Below, in pieces: positions 22,136 to 53,403 of a stretch of 64,000 nt of DNA. Numbering within the stretch: the first letter of the stretch is position 1; each line of letters starts with the position of its first letter. This DNA comes from the human T2T-CHM13v2.0 reference genome, Homo sapiens. The position numbers were made by a program, and so were the translations under genes. The notes under the pieces were generated by a model, which made no database searches, had not been told where the DNA came from, and worked only from the letters and a program-made list of their open reading frames with translations. The DNA lies in assembly GCF_009914755.1 (NCBI RefSeq), contig NC_060940.1. The stretch is one strand, 5' to 3'.

Positions 22136-23160
22136 CAGGCACTCCTTATTTTATTACACCTCACTTTATTGCTCTTCACAGATATTGCATTTCTTACAAA
22201 TTGAAGATGTGTGGCAACCCTGTGTTGAGCAAGTGTTTTTTGTTTGTTTGTTTGTTTGTTTTTGCAGTGGAGTCTTGCTCAGGAGGCTGAGGCAGGAGAA
22301 TCACTTGAATCCAGGAGGCAGAGGTTACAGTGAGCCAAGATCGCATCACTGCACTCCAGCCTGGGCAACAGAGCGAGACTCTGTCTCAAAAGAAAAAAAA
22401 AAACTGGAACAGCCTGATTGCTGATATGGAGAAAGTTTTAGTGGCCTGAATAGATCAAAACAGCCACAACAGCTCTAAATCTCTTCATTACTATGAAGAC
22501 TGAGAGGGATTAGGAAGCTGCAGGAGAAAAATTTGAAGGTAGCAGAGGCTAGTTCATGAGATTTAAGGAAATGAGCCATCTGCAGAACATAAAAGTGCAA
22601 GATGAAGCAGCAAGTGCTGTGTAGAAGCTGCAGCAAGTTATCCAGAAGATCTAGTAAGATAATTGATGAAGATGGTTTACTAAACAACAGATTTCCAATG
22701 TAGACAGAACAGCCTTCTATTGGAAGAAGATGCCATCTAGGAATTTTATAGCTAGAGAGGAGAAGTCAAAGCTTTGAAGGACAGGTTGACTCTCTTGTCA
22801 GGGACTAATGCAGCTGGTCTGGTGACTTTAAGTTGAAGCCAATGCTCATTAACCATTTTGAAAGTCCTAGGGCCCTGAGGAATTATGCTAAATCCATTCT
22901 GCCTGTCCCCTATTAATGGAACAAAAAAGCCTGAATGGCCACATGTCTGTTTATAGCATGGTTCATGGAATATTTTAAGCCCACTGTTGAGACCTAGTGC
23001 TCAGAAAAAGAGATTCCTTTCAAAATATTATGACAGTTCCTCTGGTCATCCAAGAGCTCTAATGGAGATGTACAAGGAAATTAATGCTGTTTTCCTGCCT
23101 ACTAATGCAGTATCTGTTCTTCAGCCCATAAGCCAAGGAGTAATTTCAATTTTCAAGTCT
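22136..23160 (+). mobile_element. Tigger1 DNA transposon fragment (5' end plus degenerate pogo-family transposase)
   Basis: CAGGCA..CCT..TTTTATT..ACAAATTGAAG..TGTGGCAACCCTG 5' end; internal frames give VDRTAFYWKKMPSR and HPRALMEMYKEINAVFLPTN...LQPISQGVIS. Confidence 0.88.
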
Positions 23161-23165
23161 TCCTG

Positions 23166-24180
<1,015 letters not shown>

Positions 24181-24565
24181 AATTATTTTTTCTGCTGCAC
24201 TTTAAAAATTCTTTTACTTTTTTTTTTTATTATTATTTTGTTGATGTTGAGATGGAGTCTCGCTCTGTCACCCAGGCAGGAGTGCGGTGGCACGATCTTG
24301 GCTCACTGCAAGCTCTGCCTCCCGGGTTCACGCCATTCTCCTGCCTCAGCCTCCTGAGTAAGCTGGGACTACAGGCGCCCGCCACAACGCCCGGCTAATT
24401 TTTTTGTATTTTTTTTAGTAGAAACAGGATTTCCTCATGTTAGCCAGGATGGTCTCAATCTCCTGACCTTGTGATCCGCCCTCCTCAGCCTCCCAAAGTG
24501 CTGGGATTACAGGCGTGAGCCACTGTGCCCGGCCTGCTAATTTTTTAATTTTAAATTATTATGGG

Positions 24566-24812
24566 TGTATTAGTCCATTTTCATATTGCTATGAAGAGAT
24601 ACTTGAGACTCGGTAATTTATAAAGAAAAAGAGGTTTAATAGATTCACAGTTCCACATGTCTGGGGAGGCCTCACCATCATGACAGAAGGCGAAGGAGGA
24701 GCAAAGACACGTCTTACATGGTGGCAGGCAAGAGAGTGTGTGCAGGGGAACTGCCCTTTATAAAACTATCAGAGCTCATGAGACTTATTCACTATCATGG
24801 GAACCGCATGGG
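24566..24812 (-). mobile_element. THE1/MST MaLR LTR fragment
   Basis: tgtattagtccattttca...ggtaatttataaagaaaaagaggtttaat...acatggtggcaggcaagagag. Confidence 0.8.
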
Positions 24813-25194
24813 ACCATCTTGGTTCACTGCAACCTCCACCTCCCAGGTTCAAGCGATTCTTGTGCCTCAGCCTCCCAAGTAGCGGGGATTACAGGTGCCT
24901 GCCACCATGCCTGGCTAGTTATTGTATTTTTAGTAGAGATGGGGTTTCACCATGTTGGCCAGGCTAGTCTCGAACTCCTGACCTCAGGTGATCCACTTGC
25001 CTTGGCCTCCCAAAGTGCTGGGATTAGAGGTGTGAGCCAAATTTTTCTTGAGTTACAAAAGAAGACCATAGAGAGTCAAAGGTAACAGGATGAAGATAAG
25101 GAAGATCAGATAAAGAAAACTTTAATTAAAAGGGTATTAAAGACAATAACAGGCAATATGAATAACAGAACAAAGGGTAGGAAAACGGGTAATG

Positions 25195-25525
25195 CACAGC
25201 CATAGAAATGAACAAAATCATGTCCTTTGCAGCAACATGGATGCAGCTGAAGGCCATTATCCTAAGTGAATTAACACAGAAACAGAAAACCTAATATCAT
25301 ATGTTCTTACTTGTAAGTAGGAGCTAAACATTGAGTACACATGGACATAAAGATGAGAACAATAGAAGCTGGGAACTGCAGAGGGGAGGAAGGGAGGAGA
25401 AAGGGCTGAAAAACTTGCTATTGTTCCCTACTTGGGCGATGTGATCAGCAGAAGCCCAATCTTCAGCATCACACAACATGTCCTGGTAACCTCTGCATAT
25501 AAAATTAAATTAAATTGAAAAAAAG
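25195..25525 (+). mobile_element. L1 (older L1PA/L1PB) 3' end
   Basis: aaatcatgtcctttgcagcaacatggatgcagctg.aggccattatcctaag...gagctaaacattgagtacacatggac. Confidence 0.8.
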
Positions 25526-26784
25526 GAAAAGGGCCAGGTGTGGTGGCTCACATCTGTGATCCCAGCACTTTGGGAGGCTGAGGCATGAAAATTTTTTGAG
25601 GCCAGAAGTTCAAGACCAGCCTAGGCAACACAGCAAGACCCTGTCTCTACAAAAAAAAAAAAATTTTAAATTGGCTAGGTGTGGTGATGTATGCCTGTAT
25701 GTCTAACTACTCAAGAAGCTGAGGTGGGAAAAAATTGCTTGAGCCCAGGAGATCGAGGCTACAGAGAGCTATGACCACCACTGCACTCCAAACTGGGCGA
25801 CAGAGTGAGATGAACCCATCACCCCCCTACCATAAAAAAGCAGAAGAAGAAAGGAAGAAAATAAAAAAGGTACCGAGTAATCAAATAACTAATCTTGTTC
25901 TGTTGTATTCCGCAGGAGAAGGTGACATATGTCTTTTCATTTGGGAAATGTGAATCCAAGGATCAACAAACAAGTTTTATTATTGTGTCAGTTACCTGTT
26001 AAGATACTTTCCTTGGCCAGGCTTGGTGGCCGACATCTGTGATTTCAGCACTTTGCAAGGCTGAGGTGGGTGGATCACTTGAGACCAGGAGCTCAAGACC
26101 AGCCTGGGCAACAAAGGGAGACCTCGCTTCTAAAAAAATTAAAAAGATTAGCCGGGCATTGTGGTGTGCACCTATGGTTCCAGCTACTTGAGAGACTGAA
26201 GCAGGAGGATCCTTTGAGCTCGTGAGGTAGAGGCCACAGTGAGCCTTGATCATGCCATTGCACTCCATCCTAGGCAAAAGAGCAAGACCCCATCTCTTAA
26301 AAAATAAATAATACTTTAAATTTTAGAATACATTGCATGAAACTTACCATCTTGGCTTTTTTTTTTTTTTTTTGAGACAGAGTCCTGCTCTGTCGCCCAG
26401 GCTGGAGTGCAGTGGCGTGATATGGGCTCACTGCAAACTCCACTTCCCAGATTCAAGCAATTCTTATGCCTCAGTCTGCTGAGTAGCTGAGACTACAGGC
26501 ACACATCACCACGCCCAGCTAATTTTTGTATTTTTAGTAGGGACGGGGATTCACCATGTTGGCCAGGCTGGTCTCGAACTCCCGACCTCAGGTGATCCGC
26601 CTGTCTCGGCCTCCCAAAGTGCTAGGATTACAAGCATGAGCGGCTGTACCTGGCCCATCTTGGCAATTTCTTTTTTTGAAATGGAGTTTCGCTCTTGTCA
26701 CCAAGGCTGGTGTCAAGTAGCTGGGATTACAGGCGCCCGCCATCATGCCCGGCTAATTTTTGTTTTGTTTTGTTTTGTTTTTGA

Positions 26785-27141
<357 letters not shown>

Positions 27142-27212
27142 TGATCCACCTGCCTTGGCCTCCCAAAGTGCTGAGATTACAGGCGTGAGCCACTGCACCC
27201 AGCCAACATCAA

Positions 27213-28767
<1,555 letters not shown>

Positions 28768-28807
28768 TGATTTTTTTTAAGTTGACTCAAAGCAAGTTTT
28801 AAACACT

Positions 28808-29130
28808 CTGTGTCCACTTCATGTTGCTATCACAGAATATCACAGTCTGCGTAGTTTAGGAACAATAGACATTTATTTGGCTTATGGTTCTAGAGGCTGT
28901 GAAGTCCAAGATACAGGAGCTGCCTCTGGTGAGACATCATCACGTGGCAAGAGAGCATGAGAGAGAGAAAGAGGGGGCTGAATTTGCTTTTATAACAAAC
29001 CCATTCCTGAAATAATGGCATTAATCCATTGACCTAATTGCCTCTTAAGGATCTCACCTCTCAACAGTATTACATCAGGGATTAACTTTCCAACACCTGA
29101 GATTTGAGGGACTCATTCAAACCATAGTAC
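28808..29130 (-). mobile_element. MLT1A/MST-like MaLR LTR
   Basis: atttatttggcttatggttctagaggctg.gaagtccaag...ggattaactttccaaca...cattcaaaccatag. Confidence 0.7.
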
Positions 29131-30357
29131 TCTGAAATTGGATATATAGGTCTATGGGTGAGATTCCCACTGAGGGTTGCCAGTTTGCAACCTTTCAGTT
29201 GAATGGTCTCCCTCCTGGATGTCAAGGTTAATACTGCTATGAACAGCTATTATGCACCTAAGTTGAACCAGGGAGAGAACACATCCTTCCGCATGTACTA
29301 TTTTATTTAATGTTATTTTCTACTAAGTCATTCAGAACTCTCTGGACTCTCTTCATGCTGTGTAATTTGCAAGGTTGCCTGCTGCATGTTTGGTTATAAA
29401 TGAGGTCAAATCCCAATTTTGCAGGAGGACGTGGATGTATGCCCATTCCCTTCACACTGTGAGCCAGTAGCCATGGGAACTATAATCAAGTACACAATAA
29501 CTCCCCCATGAACAAATCCTCAGGGAACAAGCTTCAATTGAATGAAACTGGCTTGACCACAGAGGAATCTGGGGGACTTTCTGAGCTTCGCGGACTTGTG
29601 CCGCCTCCTGACTTTAAGCTGGCTCTGGAGGAGGAGGAAGTGGAGGTATCTCAGGTATGGACCTCTTTCTGGAAGCTGGGACTTGGACCAGGCAAAGAAA
29701 GGAGGCGGTGGGGAAAATTCCCCCAGAGAAGGCAGGAGTGGGCCCTGCATACCAGGTCCCCAGGTCTCTGAGAGCTTTACTAGTTCTGGGAGTGTGTGGA
29801 TCAAGCCTAAAGTCTAGAAGGAATTCTAGCATCACCCAGGGCGTTGGCTGGAATATCTTTAAGGACCCTTCCAGCCCTGGAATCATAGCAGCAAAGGACC
29901 CAATTGTATGACAGCTGCTTTGGCCAGTGAAGATGGAAAGACCAGGAAAAGCTTTAGGCTAAGCAATGGAGTTCACACCCCGCTAATTCACCTCCCTTGC
30001 GGCATCCCTGACATTTCCCACACAATATGTCCTTCATTCTGTTCTCCAAAAAGCCATTGCCTTCCTCTAACTGACTGAGATGAGCCCTGGAAACCCTGAT
30101 GCCCACCAGACCCCTGCCTTTCCTCTTCTCTGCTGTTGGCCAAGGTTTCTGCCTCAGTTGCCCTGTCTGACAATACAGTTTCCCTAGGACTGGAGCTAGC
30201 CCTGGCATCCCAGAATCCCCAACAGGTGCTAGCCCCTGGAGTCAGGACTGTCTTCCTGTGTCCCTGTGCTTGCTGCAGAATAAACTGATTACTTTTAACT
30301 ACCATTCTGAATATAGTCACTACCAGGAACCGCTGACTACCTGTGACATACCATCTA

Positions 30358-30702
<345 letters not shown>

Positions 30703-30991
30703 CTAGGTACTATAGGTGGAGACTTGCCGAGGTTCAGTGGGAATGGGAGCTCAATCCTGAGAGTGGGGGAAGGCATTACAGAGGCTGTGACCTTTGAGAC
30801 TGGTCTTGAAGAAAGAGAAAATGTGTACAAGGCAGAAAGAAGGGAGAAAGTTACCCGAAGAGAGAACTGCACCAGCCAAAAATATGGAGGTATGGAGTAG
30901 GTAGAATTGTGAGACATTTATGTGACTGGAGTGAAAAATGAGAGATGATGCTGGAAAGGAGAGTTAAGGCCAGGTTTTGAAGGATCTCTTA

Positions 30992-31396
<405 letters not shown>

Positions 31397-31411
31397 TTAA
31401 TTTTGAGATAA

Positions 31412-31534
<123 letters not shown>

Positions 31535-31540
31535 TGACAC

Positions 31541-32386
<846 letters not shown>

Positions 32387-33024
32387 GCCACCACGCCTGG
32401 CTAATTTTTTTGAATTTCACTGGAGGTCTTGCTGTGTTGCCCAGGCTGGACTTGAACTCCTGAGCTCAAGTGATCCTCTCGCCTCAGCCTCCGAGTGTTG
32501 GGATTGCTGGAGGATCATATCTGTTTCCAAAGGTGGAGCTTTCTGCTGGAGGCAGCAGAGTTCTTCAGGCAGAGCAGCTGAGTCTTGAGGTTGCTCTTTT
32601 AGGAAACAAACTCAGGAGGCGCTGTGGAAGATGCATTGAATGGAGTAGGAGGTGGAGGCAGCGAGAAGGGTGAGGAGACACTGCTGAGCCCTGATGAGAG
32701 ACAAAGAATGTCTGAAGGAAGCAAAGGGAATGGAGAGGAGGGGAAGGCTTTGGGAAGACTGTGATGCATGGAATGCGTGGGATAAGGGCAGAGGGTGGAG
32801 TCCAGGCTGACTCAGAGGTTTATTGCCTGGGAGACTGGGTAGATGATTACACTGTAACCTGAGATGAAGATACAGTAAGAGGAGTTTATATGAAGAAAAA
32901 GTAGGCCAGGCGCAGTGGCTCACGCCCATAATCCCAGCACTTTGGGAGGCTGAGGCGTGTGAATCACCTTAGCCCCAGAGTTCCAGATCAGCCTGAGCAA
33001 CATAGAGAAATCTCATCTCTACTA

Positions 33025-33144
<120 letters not shown>

Positions 33145-33229
33145 CTACTGCACTCCAGCTTGGGCGACAGAGCAAGACACTGTCTCAAAAGGAAAAAACA
33201 GAAAAAGTAATAAGCTCAGTTTTTAAACA

Positions 33230-43718
<10,489 letters not shown>

Positions 43719-44035
43719 TAGCATTCGTGACTTGAATAATTTCACCAAATGAATAATTTTGGGTAGTTTGAAATTCGTTCTTCCAATTGTTACACCTTGT
43801 TTGGTGTTTGTAATAAACACGTAAAGGTAAAAAAAAACAGTTTTTCTGTATTCTGCCAATCATACTTTTATATAATAAATCATCCATTTTTTTCCCATAA
43901 AAAAAAAGAAAGTTATTGCTTAATGTTACAGAATTTCTGTTTGGAGTGATGAAAAAGTTTTGGAAATAGTAGTGACAGTTGCACAAAATTGTGAATGTAA
44001 TTAATACCACTGAACTGTGCACTTAAAAATAGCTA

Positions 44036-44339
<304 letters not shown>

Positions 44340-44878
44340 CTAAAATGGCAAGTTTTATATTATATATGTTGTTTACCACACACACACACACAAATACTAA
44401 GAAAAAAATCAGGCAGATCCTCTTCTAACAACACTTACAGTCTATTAAGTGAATCTGGGCATTTTAAAGAAAAAAATAACTATTTTTGGTTACGGAATCA
44501 GGATAGTAGTTGCCTATGGACACGGGCAGTGGGGACTGACTAGAAAGGGAAGGGAAGGAAGTTCTTGGACCTAGAAGTGTTTTATGTCTTGATTGGGGTG
44601 TTTAGATAGGCATTACATTTGTCAAAACTCATGAAATTTTATACTTTAAGATCTGTGCATTTCACTCTATGTAAATTTTACCTTAGTAAAAAACAAAACA
44701 GGCTGGGCGTGGTGGCTCACGCCTGTAATCCCAGCACTTTGGGAAGCCGAGGTGGGTGGATCACTTGTAGTCAGAGGTACGAGACCAGCCTAGCAACATG
44801 GTGAAACCCCATTTCTACTAAAAATACAAAAGAAATTAGCTGGGTGTGGTGGCAAGCGCCTGTTATCCCAGCTACTTA

Positions 44879-45007
<129 letters not shown>

Positions 45008-45624
45008 TTAGCAACTTCTAATCCCTTGACAGTTTATATATACCGCAGTGATTTTCTCCCACTTCTCACTCACGTGGGATCTTATCATACAGAGGTTTTA
45101 AATTTTAAACAATTAAATTTATCAACCTTCTTCATTTATGGTTTCTATATTTGTGTGTCTTGCTTCAGAAAGTATCTCTTATTCCAGGTAATCATATTAT
45201 CCTATTTTTAAATTCTATTTTGGAATAAATATTTCTTATTCCAGGCAATCATATTATTCTATTTTTTTTCTATATTTTTATTGTTCTTTCCTGTGTGGGA
45301 CATGTAGCTGGTGGGCTAGCTGCAGACCATGGGCAAGTTTGCTAACATTGCTAAGTCTTGGTTTTCTCATCCATAAAATAGGGATAATAATTTGCTTTGT
45401 TATTGACATGATTTAATAAAGTAATATTTATTTGTTTATGTATTTATTTTAGAGACAGGGTCTTACTCTGTTACCTAGGCTGAAGTGCAGTGGCAATCTC
45501 GGTTCATTGCAGCTCAAGTGATCCTTCTGCCTTAGCCTCCAGAGTGGCTGGGACTACAGGTACTGGGACTACAGGATGGGACTACAGAGTGGCTGGGCAT
45601 CCAGCTAACTTAAAAATTTTTTTG

Positions 45625-47480
<1,856 letters not shown>

Positions 47481-47703
47481 GAACATGCCAGATTGTAGTT
47501 CCAGGAGGCCAGAGATCATGAATACTTTGTCCACCACTATATTCCCAGCCCACAGAATACACAGCCTGGCAGCCAACAGATGCTTATTGAATGAACGAGC
47601 CTCAACAGGGCTTTCTCATTCCCACATGCCATGCTGTGGTCAGGCTTAAATCATAACCCAACTTCTGCCACCTAATATATGTATGACCTTGGTTAAATTA
47701 AAC

Positions 47704-48217
47704 CAGCAGTCCCCAACCTTTTTGGCACTGGGGACCAGTTTCATGGAAGACAATTTTTCCACCAGGGGAGGAATGGTTTCGGGATGATTCAAGCACATTA
47801 CATTTATTTTGCACTTTATTTCTATTATTATTACATTATAAGGTATAATAAAATAATTATACAACTCATCATAAAGTAGAATCAGTGGGATCCCTGAGTT
47901 TGTTTTCCTGCAACTAGATAGTCCCATCTGATGTTGATGGGAGACAGTGAGAGATCATCAGGCATTAGATTCTCATAAGGAGCAACCTAGATCCCTCGCA
48001 TGCGCAGTTCACAATAGGATTCATGCTCCTATGATAATCTAATGCCGCTACTGATCTGACAGGAAGCAGAGCTGAGGCGGTAATGCAGGCAATGGGGAGT
48101 AGCTGTAAATACAGATGAAGCTTCTCTCACCAGCCATTCACTTCCTATTGTGCGGCTCAGTTCCTAACAGGTCACGGACTGGTACTGGCCCCACGGCCCA
48201 GGGGTTGGGGACCCCTG
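47704..48217. mobile_element. MER1A (hAT-Charlie MITE), near full length
   Basis: TIRs CAGCAGTCCCCAACC / GGTTGGGGACCCCTG; 8-bp TSD AATTAAAC (47696-47703) / ACTTAAAC (48218-48225). Confidence 0.88.
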
Positions 48218-48848
48218 ACTTAAACTAAGGGCCAGCTTTCCAGAATAACATCCACTTTGAGGGCTTGTTGAGTGGATTAAGTCAAAATGTTGGTATACTT
48301 GGCTGGTGCGGTGGTTCACACCTGTAATCCCAGCACTTCGTGAGTCTGAGGCGGGTGGATCACCTGAGGTCAGGAATTTGAGACCAGCCTGGCCAACATG
48401 ATGAAACCCCATCTCTACTAAAAATACAAAAAATTAGGCCGGGCGCGGTGGCTCACGCCTATAATCCTAGTACTTTGGGAGGCCAAGGCGGGTGGATCAT
48501 TTGAGGTCAGGAGTTTGAGATCAGCCTGGCCAATATGGTGAAACCCTGTCTCTACTAATAAGTACAAAAATTAGTCATGTGATAGTGGCGTGTGCCTGTA
48601 ATCTCAGTTACTCGGGAGGCTGAGGCAGGAGAATCCCTTGAGCCTGAGAGGCAGAGGTTGAGGTGAGCTGAGATTGGGCTGTTGTTGAGTTGTAGGAGTT
48701 CTTTATATATTATAGATATTAACCCCTTATAAGATATATGATTTGATATTTCCTCTCATTCTGTTGGTTGCCTTTTCACTGTCCTTTCCTTTTTTTGTTT
48801 TTGTTTTTTGTGGGGCAGAGTTTTGATCTTTTGCCCAGGCTGGAGTGA

Positions 48849-48971
<123 letters not shown>

Positions 48972-49371
48972 TAGTAGAGATGGGGTTTCACCATGTTGGC
49001 CAGGCTGGTCTCAAACTCCTGACCTCAGGTGATCCACCCGCCTCGGCCTCCCAAAGTGCTAGGATTACAGGCTTGAGCCACCGTGCCCAGCCTGTTGTGT
49101 CCTTCGATGCACAGAAAAGACTCTTTTCTCTACTGAACGCCCACAGCACCCTTGTCAAAAATCATTTGACTAGTCAGGGCACAGTGGCTCACGCCTGTAA
49201 TCCCAGCACTTTGGGAGGCCGAGGCGAGAGGACTGCTTGAGGTCAGGAGTTCGAGACATGCCTGGGCAACATGGCAAATGGCAAAACCCCGTCTCTACAC
49301 ACAATGCAAAAGTTAGCTGGGCATGGTGGGTGGCGTGTGACTACCGGCTGTCTCAACTACCCAGGAGGCTA

Positions 49372-49791
<420 letters not shown>

Positions 49792-50239
49792 TCATTTGTA
49801 TATGCGAAGGTTTTGTGCCACAAACTTTTGTGGCTGTTGATACAAACGACATGGCCTCTGCCTTAAGGAAGCCACAGTCGAATTAAATAGATTCCGTTTC
49901 AAGTAGCATCTGTCCTGTGTGCTTAGTGGGCACTGGGCCCATGTTTTCCCACATTTTACCCTTTAAGCTTCTGATCCAACCGGTGAGATAGATAGGATGA
50001 TTCTCTTTAGTAGAGGGGTAAGCTTAGTCCCCTGAGAGCGCGGCTATGGCTTATGCGAGGGTACGGACAGTCAGGATTTGAACCCAAAGTTCCTGGCTCC
50101 ATGTGTCATGCTACCTCCAGTCAGATGTTCTCACCTCCAAAACTTGGGCAGAAGTGAACTGAGATGCTCTCTACTGAGCAACTCTTCAGCTCCAGCATCC
50201 TATACATTAAGGAGTCACTAAAAGTCAGGGTCCACGAGA

Positions 50240-51270
50240 AAGGTGCAGATCGGGGTGCACAGAAGAGCGGAGTCCAAAACACCACTCCCAGCCCCAGTGG
50301 ACAGAGTCCTCAAGTGGCAGCCCTGCAACTCTGAGCGGATGCCGAGTCCTCACCGGGAACCCGGGCGCGGCTGGTCTGTGCTATTGGCGCGGGTAGGGGA
50401 CGCACAGCCCAAAAATGCCCGCGACAAGCTTCTGGGGCAGTTCTCGCCAGTCTCTCTGGAGGGAGCCTACGGGTTCTGCGACGTTTCTCGCACTTGCTCC
50501 CTGGCCTCGCTCCCGTTTCCACCCCTCCCACGGAGGTTTTCCTTTCTGGTGGCTCCTTCCTTGGGTGTCCCTTTGGTACGCCCCCACCCTGGCGGTGAGC
50601 TGCGAGGCTGGCGCCCGCGTGGCCACTGCGCATGCGGACCCGGCCGCGGGGCGGGGCCGCGCGAGGAGGAGGGTCGGGGACGGAAGCGCAGAGCACGGAC
50701 CCCGCCCCCTCGCGGCCCCGCTCGTGACGTCGCGGGGGGCGCCGGCCTCCGCCCGGCCCCGAGGGGTAAGAGCGAGCGGCTGGCGGATCCGACGCGCGAG
50801 ACCGGGAGGGGACGAGGGCGTTGCAATCGTTCGGGGCGGGGGCTTTCCGGGGAGGGGGTGCTCAGGTGCACCAGCGGCGGCGGACCCTCAGACTCTGCCC
50901 TCCCCTCCCTTTAACCCCCTTCCAGCCGGACGGGAGGCGGGGCAGGGCTGAGCATTTGTGACACCTACATTTCCGTGGCTCCCTTCTTTTCCCCCGACCC
51001 CTGTTTATCTCTTCGCCTTCCAGAAGTTCTTTTCCATCAGGCCGTCGCACCTTGCGTGGGAAGGAGCACCCCACTTGGAAGCAGGAGGCGGGGTTCAGAT
51101 CTTGGCCCTACCCCTCCTGTGTTAAAGTCCGCGAGCCTCAGTTTCCCTCACAGTATTTTTTGCCTCGCCTTACCCGGTTTTGAGGATCTGTACGAGAAAG
51201 AGAAAGGAAGTGGACATTTGTTGAATTCCTGCATGGCCAAATACCACGCAGACTGCTTCATCCGCCACGT
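50240..51270. promoter_or_regulatory. TMEM219 CpG-island promoter
   Basis: NRF1 TGCGCATGCG 50627-50636, GC box 50648-50657, ETS CGGAAG 50681-50686, CRE-like TGACGTCG 50725-50732. Confidence 0.85.
50690..50765 (+). other. TMEM219: TMEM219 non-coding exon 1 (start approximate)
   Basis: Donor GGG|gtaaga at 50766 immediately downstream of the core promoter motifs. Confidence 0.65.
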
Positions 51271-51776
51271 TTAATCCTTATTACTTGGTGTTCTCAGAAC
51301 TCCCATTTCATGGATTCTTAAGCTCACAGAGTCAGTGAATAACAGAAAGGGATTCAGATCTAGCCGTTTAGCTGCACAGTGGAGTTCTTCTCCAGAGTCT
51401 TCCCTTGTCTGGGCTCTGGCTGGAACTATTCCTCAGCCAAATCCTCGCCCCAGAACAGTGCTTCCTGTTTCTCCAGCTAAGAAGTCTCCCTTTCAGTTTC
51501 CTTCTTCCAGCACGGAGTACACTGCTCTGCCTCCACTTAGATTACTTCAGAAATGAAATGCAGCAAATATTTATCCAGCAGTGCAGGGAGTTGAACTTTT
51601 GGAGTCGGGAACCTTGGATTCTTGTTCTGGCTCTGCCACTTACTGTGTGGCCTTGGGAAGTCCTTTGTCTTCTCTGAGCTTTCTTTTCTCTTTGCGTAAA
51701 AGCGGTGCTCTTGTCCCATTCTCCCTCCCTGTCTTCCAGCAGGCTCTCCCCGGAGGCTCAGCCCCCTCTGCTCCCC

Positions 51777-51941
51777 ATGGGCAACTGCCAGGCAGGGCAC
51801 AACCTGCACCTGTGTCTGGCCCACCACCCACCTCTGGTCTGTGCCACTTTGATCCTGCTGCTCCTTGGCCTCTCTGGCCTGGGCCTTGGCAGCTTCCTCC
51901 TCACCCACAGGACTGGCCTGCGCAGCCCTGACATCCCCCAG
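51777..51941 (+). CDS. TMEM219: TMEM219 (IGFBP-3 receptor) first coding exon, MGNCQAGHNLHLCLAHHPPLVCATLILLLLG...PDIPQ
   Basis: Acceptor ttccagcag at 51734-51742; ATG 51777; hydrophobic segment; donor CAG|gtaagt. Confidence 0.95.
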
Positions 51942-52032
51942 GTAAGTTCCCCACCCCCGTACCCGCTCTTCCTTCCAACCTAGACAGGCTTTTGCTGCTA
52001 ATCTCATCTCACCCGTCTTCTTTTGCTCACAG

Positions 52033-53403
<1,371 letters not shown>

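Noticed and set aside
45177-45270. Short direct duplications (also 33890-33935, 35029-35056, 45541-45597)
   Set aside because: Common slippage duplications within decayed repeats.
50243-50951. Long overlapping ORFs at the TMEM219 promoter
   Set aside because: Stop-codon scarcity in a CpG island; Arg/Gly/Pro-rich with no domain.
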